From positions 3,008,001 to 3,072,000 of the forward strand of contig OZ244999.1 of NCBI GenBank assembly GCA_965223265.1: a stretch of 64,000 nt of DNA, in the 5' to 3' direction. Origin of the DNA: Planctomycetota bacterium (GTDB lineage: Bacteria; Planctomycetota; UBA8108; SXIK01). Under the pieces are notes generated by a model that searched no databases, had not been told where the DNA came from, and worked only from the letters and a program-made list of their open reading frames with translations. Shown in pieces: positions 20,057 through 29,879 of this stretch (position 1 is the stretch's first letter; every line of letters starts with the position of its first letter). A program made the position numbers and the translations under genes.

Positions 20057-20848
20057 TCACAGACACGTCCAGCCGCCGTCGACCATCAAGTTCGCGCCGG
20101 TGATGTAAGCTGATGCGTCTGACGCCAAGAACACAGCCGCACCCTTGACGTCTTCGTTTTCGAGCATGCGACCGATCGGCACGCGCTTCGAATACTCGCT
20201 GAGGAACGGCTCTTCCTGGTGGTTGAAGTAGCCTCCCGGGCTGATGCAGTTGGCGCGGACGCCTTTCTTACCGTAGTAGCACGCGAGGTAGCGTGTGAAG
20301 TTGATCATGCCGGCTTTGACGAAGTTGTAGCTCGGCGGTTGCTTCATACTCGTGCCGACGTAGAGGTTCGGATCATTGGCGACGACCCCGTAGATGCTGG
20401 ATATGTTGACGATCGAGCCGCGTCCCTGTTCAACCATGTCGCGGATGAAGAGCTGGCAAATGTGCAGTAGGCCGACGAAGTCGCCGTCGCCGCTGCGCGA
20501 CCAGATCTCCGGCGATTGCTCTTCGAAGCCGCCGCCCGTGTGGCCGTCGCGCGCAAGAGCGCTGTTCACCAGGACGTCTATGCGTCCAAAACGGCTGATG
20601 ACCTCCTTGTGAAGGCGTTCGATCGATTCGGTGTTCCCGATGTCGAGCTCGAAACCGTGAGCCTCGTAGCCGCTCGCCCGGAGACGCTCGGCAAACTCCT
20701 CGTTGGCGGGTAGCGATCTGGAGGCCGTGATGACCGTCGCGCCAGCTTCCGCCAGTGCTTCGCTGATGCTGCTGCCGAAAAGAGGTCCAGCGCCGGCAGT
20801 GACAAGAGCTATGCGGCCGTCAAGCGAGAAACGATCGAGGATTGCCAT
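20057..20848 (-). CDS. SDR family oxidoreductase
   Basis: IALVTAGAG, GSIVNISSIYG, YNFVK (YxxxK), VRANCISPGG and NLMVDGG motifs. Confidence 0.93.
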   Translation of the reverse strand: MAILDRFSLDGRIALVTAGAGPLFGSSISEALAEAGATVITASRSLPANEEFAERLRASGYEAHGFELDIGNTESIERLHKEVISRFGRIDVLVNSALARDGHTGGGFEEQSPEIWSRSGDGDFVGLLHICQLFIRDMVEQGRGSIVNISSIYGVVANDPNLYVGTSMKQPPSYNFVKAGMINFTRYLACYYGKKGVRANCISPGGYFNHQEEPFLSEYSKRVPIGRMLENEDVKGAAVFLASDASAYITGANLMVDGGWTCL

Positions 20849-21018
20849 GTGTCTCTCCGTCTTTCTCCGAGTCTTTTCCTTTGTTTTCTTTTCGCGAGGT
20901 TGCGGACGCAGGATTGCCAGTCGGTTACGATACCGAGCCGCGTGCGGAGTGGAGAGCGGATTCTCCTCAGTTCCGTCCAGGTCACATGAACCAGCCGCTG
21001 GGAGGATTGAGACTCAGG

Positions 21019-21789
21019 ATGCGTAGCAGTAAGACACTTGCCAAGCTTCGCGAGGGAAAACCCGTCCGCATCTGCGCTCTGGGTCATTTCATTCCGCCCT
21101 ACATCCGTCTCGCCGCCGCCAGTGGCTTTGATTGCATTTGGCTCGATCTCGAGCATCGCGCGTTCGACCCGCGCGAGGTGCAGTCGCTACTGGCGTTCTT
21201 TCACCTTTTTGACGTCGATTGCATGCTGCGGCCAGCGACTATCGAGAAGACGCCACTCTACCGCTACCTCGAGGACGGAGCCTCCGGATTGATGATTCCT
21301 CACGTGTCGACTCCGGAGAGGGCAGAGGAGATCGTGCGGTCAGTCCGTTTCCCGCCAGAGGGCGACCGCGGCCTCGACGGCGCCGGCCTCGACAGCGACT
21401 TTATCTTTCAGGGCGGTGAGCCGTATCCGCCGGCAGCGAATCGCGAGACGTTCTTGGTCGTGCAGATCGAGACGCCTGAGGCGATCGACAACGTCGAAGC
21501 GATCGCGGCGATCCCGGGCGTCGATGGGCTCTTCGTTGGTCCCGGCGACCTCGGACTGCGCCTGCGGCAGCTCGCTGCGGCTGCGACGCTTGACGACGCG
21601 ATCGAGCACGTTGCGGCGGCCGCATCCAAGCATGGCAAAGCGTGGGGAAGTCCTGTCGCTACTTCAGAGCAACTTCGCTCGCGCCGCGAACAAGGGGCGC
21701 AGTTGCTGGCGCGGGGCGGCGACTTCATGGCGCTGAAGGAAGCTCTCGAGCGTTGGGCGGCTGATTTCGACGAGTGCGGCGACGCATGA
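21019..21789 (+). CDS. HpcH/HpaI (2-keto-3-deoxy acid) aldolase family protein
   Basis: FDCIWLDLEH, RFPPEGDRG, VVQIET and DGLFVGPGDL motifs; ATG 21019 after GGAGG. Confidence 0.9.
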   Translation: MRSSKTLAKLREGKPVRICALGHFIPPYIRLAAASGFDCIWLDLEHRAFDPREVQSLLAFFHLFDVDCMLRPATIEKTPLYRYLEDGASGLMIPHVSTPERAEEIVRSVRFPPEGDRGLDGAGLDSDFIFQGGEPYPPAANRETFLVVQIETPEAIDNVEAIAAIPGVDGLFVGPGDLGLRLRQLAAAATLDDAIEHVAAAASKHGKAWGSPVATSEQLRSRREQGAQLLARGGDFMALKEALERWAADFDECGDA

Positions 21790-24518
21790 GGTGCGCGTGG
21801 CGTGCGGATGCTTGCGTCGGCGCCGGTCGTTCGCTGCGGCTGCCCATCTTATGGCTGTTACTTGTCACTGCCTGGTGGGTAGCCGGCGACCACGGTGCTG
21901 TCTGGGCTCAAGCTGAAGCGGGGCCCACGAAACGGATGTCCAGGTCGGCGAGTTCGGAGACGGACTTGGCGGCACCACACGCCATCGAGTGGAGCCACTC
22001 CACTCCTTTGCCGCGCGCCCTCGTGGGGCACTTCGCCGGCATCGTTACCTGGGGAGAGGACGGCGAGAAGCCGCTGCGTCGAGCGCTCGTCGTCGCCGGT
22101 GGGACTGGCTTCGAGGCTGTTCCTGGGGGAAGCGGCCGCCGTCGGGAATGGTACGACGCCGTCGCCGTCCTTCCAGAAGGTGCAGCCGAGTGGTCGAGCG
22201 GATTCGCCCTTGCTCGCTCGCTCGCCCACGGCGTCAGCATCGCTACGGCCGATCATCGCCTCGTCTGCATCGGGGGCGGGGACGATCGCTCGCACTCGCG
22301 CGAGGTGATCGCGCTGGGCTGGGACGGCGAGAACCTTAGCACGCAAGCCTTGCCGCCGCTGCCGCGACCGTGCGCGTTCATGGCCGGCGCGTTGGTTGGT
22401 GAGGCGATCTACGTTGCGGCCGGGCAGGAAAGTCCATCGTCTCCCGCGCCGTTCAAGGCGTTCTGGCGTCTTGCGCTCAAGCCGAAAGAGAATGGAGAGT
22501 GGGGGTGGGAGGAGCTCGCGCCGTGGCCGGGGGAGGCGCGCACCCACGCGATCGCGGCTGCACTTGGCAGCACGTTCTTCTTGGCTGGCGGCAGTCGCGC
22601 GCCAGGCGAAGCCGAAGTCGCGGCCGACGATTTCCTTCGCGAAGCGTACCGCTATTCGCCCTCTCCGCAGGGTGGGAAGTGGGAGCGGACCGCTGACCTG
22701 CCGTATGGTGTGGCCGCGGCGCCCGCGCACGGCGTCGGCAGCACTCACGTCTTCGTTTTCGGCACCACTCTCGCGCCACCGGTGAGCGCGGCTACTCGGG
22801 CGCGCGAGAACGCTACAGAGCGCCGCTACGAGGTTCTCGCCTACGAGGCGGTAACGGACACGTGGCGTGCTTTCGGGTCGGCACCGCGAAGCCTTGCCGC
22901 TGCCCCGCTCCTTATGTGGCGGCACGAAGGGCGCGAGTACTCCTTCTTGTTCGCGGGTGGCCGCGGTCGAGACGATCAACCGACGCAAGAGGCTGTGTTC
23001 GCCGAGATCGCGAGCGACCCGGCGACCTTTCAGTTCCTCGACTACGCCGCACTGGTTGCTTACCTGCTGGCGATGATCGCCATGGGGCTCTACTTCGCGC
23101 GTCGCGGCAAGACGACGCAGGATTTCTTTCTCGCCGGGCGTCGCATTCCGTGGTGGGCGGCGACTCTCAGTATCTTCAGCACGCAGCTCAGCGCCATCAC
23201 CTTCATGGCGATCCCTGGGAAGGCGTTCGCGACGAATTGGGTGTCGATGCTGATGAACCTGGGTATCGTTCTTTCAGCCCCACTCGTGGTGTTTTGGTTC
23301 TTGCCGTTTTTTCGTCGCCTCAACGTGACGACCGCGTACGAGTATCTCGAGAGGCGCTTTAGCGCTCCGATTCGACTCTACGGCAGCCTCGCGTTTATTG
23401 TCTATCAACTTGGGCGCATGGGAATTGTCCTTTTCCTGCCGTCTCTGGCGCTCTCGACCGTCACTGGATTCGACGTCTACGCTTGCATCGTGATCTTGGG
23501 TGTTTTGTGCACGATCTACACCGTGCTCGGCGGCATTGAGGCTGTGGTCTGGACCGATGTGCTGCAGACGTTCGTTCTTCTCGGCGGTGCGCTCCTTTGC
23601 CTCGGAGTCGTGATCACCAGCCTCGACGGCGGCCTCAGCGAAATCTTTGCGGTTGCACACCGAAGTGGAAAACTTCAGACGATCGAATGGTCAGGCGGGC
23701 TCACCTCGACGGTGTATTGGGTCGTCATCGTCGGTGGCCTCTTCACGCAGCTCATTCCCTACTGTTCTGATCAGTCCGTGATTCAGCGCTTCTTGACGAC
23801 GCCGACGGAGAAGGCGGCGGCGCGTTCCATTTGGATTCACGCCGTCATGGTGGTTCCATCTTCGCTCCTTTTCTTTGGGGTCGGCACGGCGCTATTCGTC
23901 TTCTACCAGTCGCGTCCTGAGCTCTTGAATCCGACGTCTGCATCGAGCGACGACATCTTCCCTTGGTTCATTGCCAACGAATTGCCCGCGGGTCTTTCGG
24001 GTATCGTGATTGCTGGGCTCTTTGCTGCGACGATGTCGAGCGTCGATAGCAGCATGAACAGTATTGCAACGGTGCTCGTGACGGACTTCTACCGTCGTTT
24101 TCGGCCGCATGCTGACGACCATCGTTGTCTCAACTTGGCGCGATCGCTCACGATCATCATCGGAGTCTTCGCGACGGCAGCAGCGGTGCTCATCGGGCTT
24201 CTCAACGCTGAGTCGCTTTGGGACCTCTTTCTCAAGAACGCGGGACTTCTCGGGAGCAGCCTGGCGGGTATTTTTCTTCTGGGCGTTCTGACGCAGCGTG
24301 CGAACACCGGTGGGACCGTCATCGGGGCGCTCTGCAGCATCGGGACGCTGGCATGGATCCAACGACTTGAACCGCAGCCGATCAATGGCTATCTGTACGC
24401 CGTGGTTGGCATCCTCGTCTGCGTCGGCGTTGGCTACGCGGCCAGCTGGTTGTTCCCAGCGCCGGGGGAGAGGATCGAAGGGCTGACCGTAGCGACTGTA
24501 CGGCCGCCGAGCGATTGA
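21786..24518 (+). CDS. Kelch beta-propeller (NanM-like) fused to sodium:solute symporter (SiaT-like)
   Basis: N-terminal kelch repeats (LVVAGG, LVCIGG, IYVAAG, FFLAGG, WEELAPWP); SSS motifs DFFLAGRRIPWW, TAYEYLERRF, AVVWTD, DQSVIQRF; ATGA overlap with the aldolase stop. Confidence 0.9.
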   Translation: MRCAWRADACVGAGRSLRLPILWLLLVTAWWVAGDHGAVWAQAEAGPTKRMSRSASSETDLAAPHAIEWSHSTPLPRALVGHFAGIVTWGEDGEKPLRRALVVAGGTGFEAVPGGSGRRREWYDAVAVLPEGAAEWSSGFALARSLAHGVSIATADHRLVCIGGGDDRSHSREVIALGWDGENLSTQALPPLPRPCAFMAGALVGEAIYVAAGQESPSSPAPFKAFWRLALKPKENGEWGWEELAPWPGEARTHAIAAALGSTFFLAGGSRAPGEAEVAADDFLREAYRYSPSPQGGKWERTADLPYGVAAAPAHGVGSTHVFVFGTTLAPPVSAATRARENATERRYEVLAYEAVTDTWRAFGSAPRSLAAAPLLMWRHEGREYSFLFAGGRGRDDQPTQEAVFAEIASDPATFQFLDYAALVAYLLAMIAMGLYFARRGKTTQDFFLAGRRIPWWAATLSIFSTQLSAITFMAIPGKAFATNWVSMLMNLGIVLSAPLVVFWFLPFFRRLNVTTAYEYLERRFSAPIRLYGSLAFIVYQLGRMGIVLFLPSLALSTVTGFDVYACIVILGVLCTIYTVLGGIEAVVWTDVLQTFVLLGGALLCLGVVITSLDGGLSEIFAVAHRSGKLQTIEWSGGLTSTVYWVVIVGGLFTQLIPYCSDQSVIQRFLTTPTEKAAARSIWIHAVMVVPSSLLFFGVGTALFVFYQSRPELLNPTSASSDDIFPWFIANELPAGLSGIVIAGLFAATMSSVDSSMNSIATVLVTDFYRRFRPHADDHRCLNLARSLTIIIGVFATAAAVLIGLLNAESLWDLFLKNAGLLGSSLAGIFLLGVLTQRANTGGTVIGALCSIGTLAWIQRLEPQPINGYLYAVVGILVCVGVGYAASWLFPAPGERIEGLTVATVRPPSD

Positions 24519-24542
24519 GACCCGATCGATCAAAGAAGATCG

Positions 24543-25964
24543 TCAGTCGCACGATTCTGACAACTTGATGAGCGAACGGAGCGCGTCGCCGAGAGCGCTG
24601 ACGCCCTCCAGGATCGCGTCCGTGGGAATCACGAGCGGCGGGCACACTTTGACCGTGGGCTGGTTGGTCTGAAAGAGCATGACGCCGTGCTTGACTCCGG
24701 CCCACGTCCAGTCGCGCGCCAGCTCCGGATCGGGTTCGCCGCTTGCAGATTTGCGGGTGTGCACGGCTTTCCGAGTGTGCACAGCGTTGAGCAGCCCGAG
24801 CCCGCTGACGCGCTCGATGTGATCGGGAAACTCCGCTTGAAGTCTCGCCAGCTCGCGGCGGGCGACGGCGCCTTTCTCGTCGGCGGCTCGAATCAGCCCT
24901 TCTTCCTCCAACACATCGAGGTTGGCGAGCGCTGCCGCGCATGAGAGTGGGTGGGCTGCATGGGTGGTCGTGATCGAACCGGGGGGCAAGACTCCGAGGA
25001 CCGATTCCGGCCCAAGAACGGCAGCGAGAGGCAGGCTTGAGGTGACGCCTTTGCCAATGCAGATCAGGTCCGGATAAATGCCGTAGTGCTCATGGCAGAA
25101 GAGTTTTCCGGTGCGACCGAAGCCGGTTTGGATCTCATCGAAGACGAGTAGAACGTCGTGCGCATCGGCCCATTCGCGAAGCCGGCGTGCGTATGCACGC
25201 GGCAACGGGAGCGCGCCCCAGCCTTGCATCGCCTCGACGAACACCGCGGCGATTTCTTCGTCGCGAACGCCGCTCGCGTTGAGGGTGGCGATGTTGGCAT
25301 CGAAGAACGCGGCCCATTCGGCATCGGAGCGTGCCTCGGCGGCGGGCGCGCGAGGAAATGGGATGTGATGAATTCTTGTCGTGCTACCCGGCAGCCACGG
25401 TTTCGCAGCAGAGGGGCCGGAGAGTTGGTGCGCTCCCAGCGTCCAGCCGTGATAGTCTCCAGCGTGCGTGAGAACGTGCGTGCGCTGTGGCTTTTGCACC
25501 AGCCCCCATTCGCACACAAGCCTGTAGGCGCACTCGATCGCTTCCGAACCCGCCGTCCAAAAGTAGGCCTGTTCACAACCCGGCGGCGCGAGGTCGAGGA
25601 GCCTCGTCGCCAGCTGCACGCGCAGCTCGGAGGCGAAGCTGAACTGCGCCAAGAGTCCCGACTCGACGTGACGAGCGATGGCTTCTCGCACCGCTGGGTG
25701 GCCGTGGCCGCTGTTGGCCATCACGGCCGTCGACGTGAAGTCGATCCAGCAGTTTCCGGCGCAATCGAAAACTTGATAACCAGCGGCGCGGTCCCAAACG
25801 ATCGGCGGTTGGAAACAGTTGACCGCGGGAAACAGCCGCCGACTCTCACGCAGTGCTTCGATCGTCGCGGGCGCCGGGAGGTCGGTCTGGATGCGTCGAT
25901 GAACCGTCGCGATGCGCGGCGTCGGCTCAGGAGTGTATCCGAACGTATTGTCGAGAATCGGCAT
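24543..25964 (-). CDS. Class III PLP-dependent aminotransferase
   Basis: GHGHP, AGSEAIE, YHGWT, LVFDEIQTGFGRTG and PDLICIGKG (PLP lysine). The start could be GTG 25997. Confidence 0.92.
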   Translation of the reverse strand: MPILDNTFGYTPEPTPRIATVHRRIQTDLPAPATIEALRESRRLFPAVNCFQPPIVWDRAAGYQVFDCAGNCWIDFTSTAVMANSGHGHPAVREAIARHVESGLLAQFSFASELRVQLATRLLDLAPPGCEQAYFWTAGSEAIECAYRLVCEWGLVQKPQRTHVLTHAGDYHGWTLGAHQLSGPSAAKPWLPGSTTRIHHIPFPRAPAAEARSDAEWAAFFDANIATLNASGVRDEEIAAVFVEAMQGWGALPLPRAYARRLREWADAHDVLLVFDEIQTGFGRTGKLFCHEHYGIYPDLICIGKGVTSSLPLAAVLGPESVLGVLPPGSITTTHAAHPLSCAAALANLDVLEEEGLIRAADEKGAVARRELARLQAEFPDHIERVSGLGLLNAVHTRKAVHTRKSASGEPDPELARDWTWAGVKHGVMLFQTNQPTVKVCPPLVIPTDAILEGVSALGDALRSLIKLSESCD

Positions 25965-26054
25965 CAGCGCGCCTCGCTCCCCGCGTCCATCATGCACAGA
26001 CGAGAAGCAGCGAAGAAGAACGGCTCCAGGTCGAACTTCACGACCCGGCTCGAG

Positions 26055-27134
26055 CTAGCAAACCATCAGCGGCTTGATCGCGTTGCCTTCGCGATCGCGT
26101 ACCTTACGGATCGACTCTGCGAGGTCGTCCAGTGCGAACGTGTAACTCTGCACGGCTTGCACGTTAACCTTGCCGCTGTGGATGAGATCGACCGCCTCTG
26201 GCCAGGTGTCTGGCGCCAGCCATGAGTAACGGATCGTACGATCCATGAGCATACAGTCCATGGCGGGGAGCGTGTGCACGTCGTTGTCCCCCGGAAGACC
26301 AAAGATGACGACGGTTGAATGGCGGCCTGTCGTTGCAATCGCCTGGTCGATGGCAGCGATTGCGCTCGTGGCCGCGATGGCGCGGTCGGCCAGCTCGCCG
26401 TCGTTCGCGTCCTTGATCGTCTGCGCCAGATCTTTCGTATAGTGCGGTGAACTCGAGTCCTTGGTGTTGACGACGAGGTCCGCACCCAGCTCTTTGCCAA
26501 CGTCGAGCCGCGCGTCGCGTGTACCAACTAGGCAGACTTTGCCGGCGCCGTAGATTTTGGCCATCTGCACCATCATGAGGCCGATGGGGCCAGGGCCGAA
26601 GATGGTGACGAAGTTGCCGGGCTCGATGTTGAGGTTGCGCACAGCGTAGAGGCCGCACGCCAAAGGCTCGGTAGAGGCAGCCAAGGTCAGGTCCATGTCC
26701 TTCGGCACCTTCACGGTCCAGAACCAGTGGGAGTTGCAGTACTCGGCGAAGCCGCCGTTGACGGAGACGCCGACGACCGTGCCGAGGTCGACGTTCGACA
26801 GACCGCGTTTGGTCCAGGGCGAGTTCGGGTCCGATTGCACCGGGTTGACGACGACTGGATCACCGACCTCGAAACCGCCCTTCTGAGCGGCGACATCGCC
26901 GACCCTGACGACGGTGCCGGAGAGCTCGTGGCCGAGAACGAGGGGGCCCTTGCCCGACTCGGTGCCGAGAGAACTCTTGCCAAAGTAGTACGCCACGTCG
27001 GAGCCACAAATCCCAGTGGAATGAACCTTTACGAGGACGTCCTCGGGGCCAGTCTCAGGCACGGGCACGTTCTCGAGGGACATTTTCTCCGGCTCGTAAA
27101 AGATCTGCGCCTTCATCGTCGTGGGTACGGACAT
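26055..27134 (-). CDS. Zn-dependent medium-chain alcohol/polyol dehydrogenase
   Basis: GICGSD, LGHE and GPGPIG motifs; the four-Cys structural Zn loop is absent. Confidence 0.9.
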   Translation of the reverse strand: MSVPTTMKAQIFYEPEKMSLENVPVPETGPEDVLVKVHSTGICGSDVAYYFGKSSLGTESGKGPLVLGHELSGTVVRVGDVAAQKGGFEVGDPVVVNPVQSDPNSPWTKRGLSNVDLGTVVGVSVNGGFAEYCNSHWFWTVKVPKDMDLTLAASTEPLACGLYAVRNLNIEPGNFVTIFGPGPIGLMMVQMAKIYGAGKVCLVGTRDARLDVGKELGADLVVNTKDSSSPHYTKDLAQTIKDANDGELADRAIAATSAIAAIDQAIATTGRHSTVVIFGLPGDNDVHTLPAMDCMLMDRTIRYSWLAPDTWPEAVDLIHSGKVNVQAVQSYTFALDDLAESIRKVRDREGNAIKPLMVC

Positions 27135-27521
27135 GAGAACACTCCTTGAGGCGAAAAGATTGCGTTTGGGTGCAGAGGGAGTGCGTCGCGGCTGCCGGCC
27201 TGCGGCGGCGCTGCGAAGCGAGGTTTCGGTATCTTAATCCTCGAGTTGTGGCCGGCGCAAGCGTCGGCGGGGAACTCTTGGTGCCCGCTCTTCGTTTGAC
27301 GATCGGGTAAGTCTCAACGGTTCGGTGCGCTGGGTGCCGGCGTGAATCTCTTGCGGGGGCTGGTCGGCCTGGCGACGAGTGCATCGACCTTTCGCATTCA
27401 GCTTGATTGACGGGACTGTGGGAACTTGGGGACGGCGACGCCGCCGGCAATGGACGGAGCGGGTCGGGGTCTCTGCGCTCAGCTCGAACGGCGTTACGAA
27501 GGAGTTCCGAAGGAGGTCGCT

Positions 27522-28362
27522 ATGCTCACCAGCTTGCGTTTTGCTGTCGCGTTCGCGTCCGTTTTCACCGTCGTGACCACGATCGAGTCAGCCGAGGCCG
27601 GGCTTCTGCCTGCGCCGCCGTCGGCCCTCGAGGCGACTGAGCAGCAGTTCGGGGTTCAGCTCGAGTGGGCGCCAAGCGCTGGCGAACGGATCGTTGGTTA
27701 CAATATCTATCGCTCGGTGGTGTCGACGAATGCGGACCCCGCCGCGCGCATCAATGCAGAACCCGTCTCGGGCACTGAACTAGCAGCCCGTTGAAAAAGT
27801 CATTCGGCCGAGAAACCGGCCTCTTCACGCCCAGATCGACCGCGTCAATACTCGAAAATCTCGGAGATTACCTGCGTTTGCCGCGGCCGATCTGGACGCG
27901 AAGAGACCAGTTTTCGGCTCGAAGCACTTTTTCAACAGGCTGCTAGTCGACGATGGCGTTTTCGTCGGCGCTTTTTTCTGCTATACGGTCCGCGCCGTCA
28001 CTGCCGAAGGGATCGAGAGCGTGGATTCCAACGAGGCGTGTTCATCGTTTCTTCCCAACGCCTTTGGCTTTTTCAAGCGCGGCGACGTGGACGGGAGTGG
28101 AGAGCTCGACATCAGCGATGCCATCGCCACGCTGAATCACCTGTTCCTCGGCACGTTTCAGCCGGACTGTCTTGACGCCGTGGATTTCAATGACAGCGGT
28201 GACATCGACATCAGCGACGCCGTCGCAAGTCTTGAATACCAGTTCTTGGGCAAGGCGCCGCCGCCGGAGCCGGGCGCCGCGGTTTGCGGTTTCGATCCGA
28301 CGCCGGACGGCGACATTGAGCTCGGCTGCAACTTTCACATCTGTGAGCAGCTCGGGACTTAG
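27522..28362 (+). pseudogene. Secreted FN3 + dockerin-like protein interrupted by MITE B
   Basis: AGGAGG then ATG 27522; signal peptide; FN3 (VQLEW...GYNIYRS). Removing 27784-27946 restores one frame: ...GTE-LVDDGVFVGAFFCYTVRAVTAEGIESVDSNEAC...FKRGDVDGSGELDISDA. Confidence 0.88.
27780..27946. mobile_element. MITE B, copy 2, with perfect CTAG target-site duplication
   Basis: ctag-cagcccgttgaaaaag...ctttttcaacaggctg-ctag; near-identical to 14761-14927. Confidence 0.93.
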
Positions 28363-28505
28363 CGCGCGGCAAGCGGCGCGTGTTTCCTCTCGACGCGCCG
28401 ATTTCTCCACAGCCCGGACGCGAAATGGGCCGCACGACCGTTTTCCCGGTTGCCCTGGCCCATCCGCACGTGTTAGATGTTCCGCCGCAAACTGCGGTTG
28501 CCTGT

Positions 28506-28587
28506 GCGAGAGTGGCGGAACTGGCAGACGCGCAGGATTTAGGATCCTGTACCGAAAGGTGTGGGGGTTCGACTCCCCCCTCTCGCA
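28506..28587 (+). tRNA. tRNA-Leu (anticodon TAG)
   Basis: Acceptor stem gcgagag/ctctcgc with discriminator A; D-arm tggcggaactggcagacgc; anticodon stem cagga-tttagga-tcctg; long variable arm; ggttcgact T-loop; CCA not encoded. Confidence 0.95.
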
Positions 28588-28627
28588 TATCAGTACACCG
28601 AAAAGATTTGTGACAAATCCGCGACTT

Positions 28628-28686
28628 TACTGACGGCAAAAAGTTGCCGTACTGACACCTCGATGTCTACCCTTACTGACGCCTCG
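28628..28686 (+). repeat. Three TACTGAC direct repeats just 3' of the tRNA (possible integrase arm-type site remnants)
   Basis: tactgacggc (28628), tactgacacctcg (28650), tactgacgcctcg (28674). Function inferred. Confidence 0.45.
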
Positions 28687-28775
28687 TGGCCAGGCGTCGA
28701 CCCGGTTCCCTCCGTCGGTACCTACGTTCCGTGACGACTTGATGGTACACTCACAAGTTATCAGGAGGTTCTGTG

Positions 28776-28985
28776 ATGAGTCCCACCCCAGTTGATGTCG
28801 AGCTGACGCAGGACGAGATCGTCCAGCGGATCGAAGAGCAGGCACAGCAGAGACGTCACATTTCTGCACAAGAGATGGTCGACGCATTCAAAGCGGGGCG
28901 CCTTGATAACCCCGGCGCGGTCATTGACCTCCTGTCGCTCGCCGGCATGCTCGACACGGACCATCCGCTTTATGTCGAGCCTTGA
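28776..28985 (+). CDS. Small protein, putative TumA-like antitoxin
   Basis: AGGAGG RBS; ISAQEMVDAFKAGRLD resembles the 'MSSxEFxxxFxxGxLxD' pattern recalled for TumA; its stop overlaps the next start (TTGA). Confidence 0.55.
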   Translation: MSPTPVDVELTQDEIVQRIEEQAQQRRHISAQEMVDAFKAGRLDNPGAVIDLLSLAGMLDTDHPLYVEP

Positions 28986-29635
28986 TCGAGCCCGACTCGG
29001 CGGCCAAATACCTCTCTGACGCGAAGACGCTCACTGAACGTTTCAAAGAGGGCACGAAGGACTCAGCGAGAGCGTTTGGGGAGCTCGTGCAGTTGTGGCT
29101 GAATCTCACCGTGCTGAAGGAAGGGCAGTCCGTCCGGTTCTTCAGCCGCAAGGATAGGGATCGGAAGAAGGCTGGAGACGTCTTCGTTGTGTCGGGACAC
29201 GACATGGAGCCGCTTCGACTCAGGGACGATCGATATCTCTGGCTGAACTTTGAGCTTTTCTTGGAAAAGAAGCCGGGTAAGGGAAGGCGGCTCAAAGTGG
29301 CCAACTCCGTGGCGTGGTACTCAGTGGATCGGGAGCGAAAACGTCGCATCTTTCGATACGAGTACATACGGGAGCCAGACCACCAGTACGCTGGAAGCCA
29401 CCTCCACATCCACGGCACGCTCGACGAGCGGGACGTCTTGCCTGAGGATAAGCCTCTCTACAAGGTTCACTTTCCGACGTCGCGAGTCTCGCTCGAGGCG
29501 GTCATTCGCCTCCTCGTCGAGGACTTCGGTGTGCCTACAAACACAGATCCGAACGTGTGGCGCCCCGTGCTCGCGTGGACGGAGGAGGAATTCCGCAAGA
29601 TCAAGCACGAGCAGATCTCCGGCCCGAGACGATAA
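28982..29635 (+). CDS. Hypothetical protein, putative TumE/DUF6516- or DUF2290-like toxin
   Basis: 217 aa with IFRYEY...SHLHIHG...HFPTSRVSLEAVIRLL motif; translationally coupled to the small upstream ORF. Confidence 0.55.
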   Translation: MIEPDSAAKYLSDAKTLTERFKEGTKDSARAFGELVQLWLNLTVLKEGQSVRFFSRKDRDRKKAGDVFVVSGHDMEPLRLRDDRYLWLNFELFLEKKPGKGRRLKVANSVAWYSVDRERKRRIFRYEYIREPDHQYAGSHLHIHGTLDERDVLPEDKPLYKVHFPTSRVSLEAVIRLLVEDFGVPTNTDPNVWRPVLAWTEEEFRKIKHEQISGPRR

Positions 29636-29645
29636 CTGCAGTCGC

Positions 29646-29879
29646 TCACCTGCCATCGAAGCAGTGCCGACCCTTGCGACGCTCCTCGATCAGCTCCGCC
29701 GCCCGGCGCAAAACGATGGTCGCGATCAGAGCCTGATCATCATCATCGAACAGCGCCGCGATCGCCGCCGCCTGCTTGGCGACGTACTTGGTGTGATGCG
29801 CGTATAGGATGAGGTATCCGATGACCGATCGGCTGTCCGAGATTCGTGAGTGAAGCGCACGGCCACGACCGCGAGTCAT
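29646..29879 (-). CDS. Small hypothetical protein (uncertain)
   Basis: 3' part of ORF 29646..30401 has protein-like helical composition (VIGYLILYAHHTKYVAKQAAAIAALF); no motif recognised. Confidence 0.3.
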   Translation of the reverse strand: MTRGRGRALHSRISDSRSVIGYLILYAHHTKYVAKQAAAIAALFDDDDQALIATIVLRRAAELIEERRKGRHCFDGR

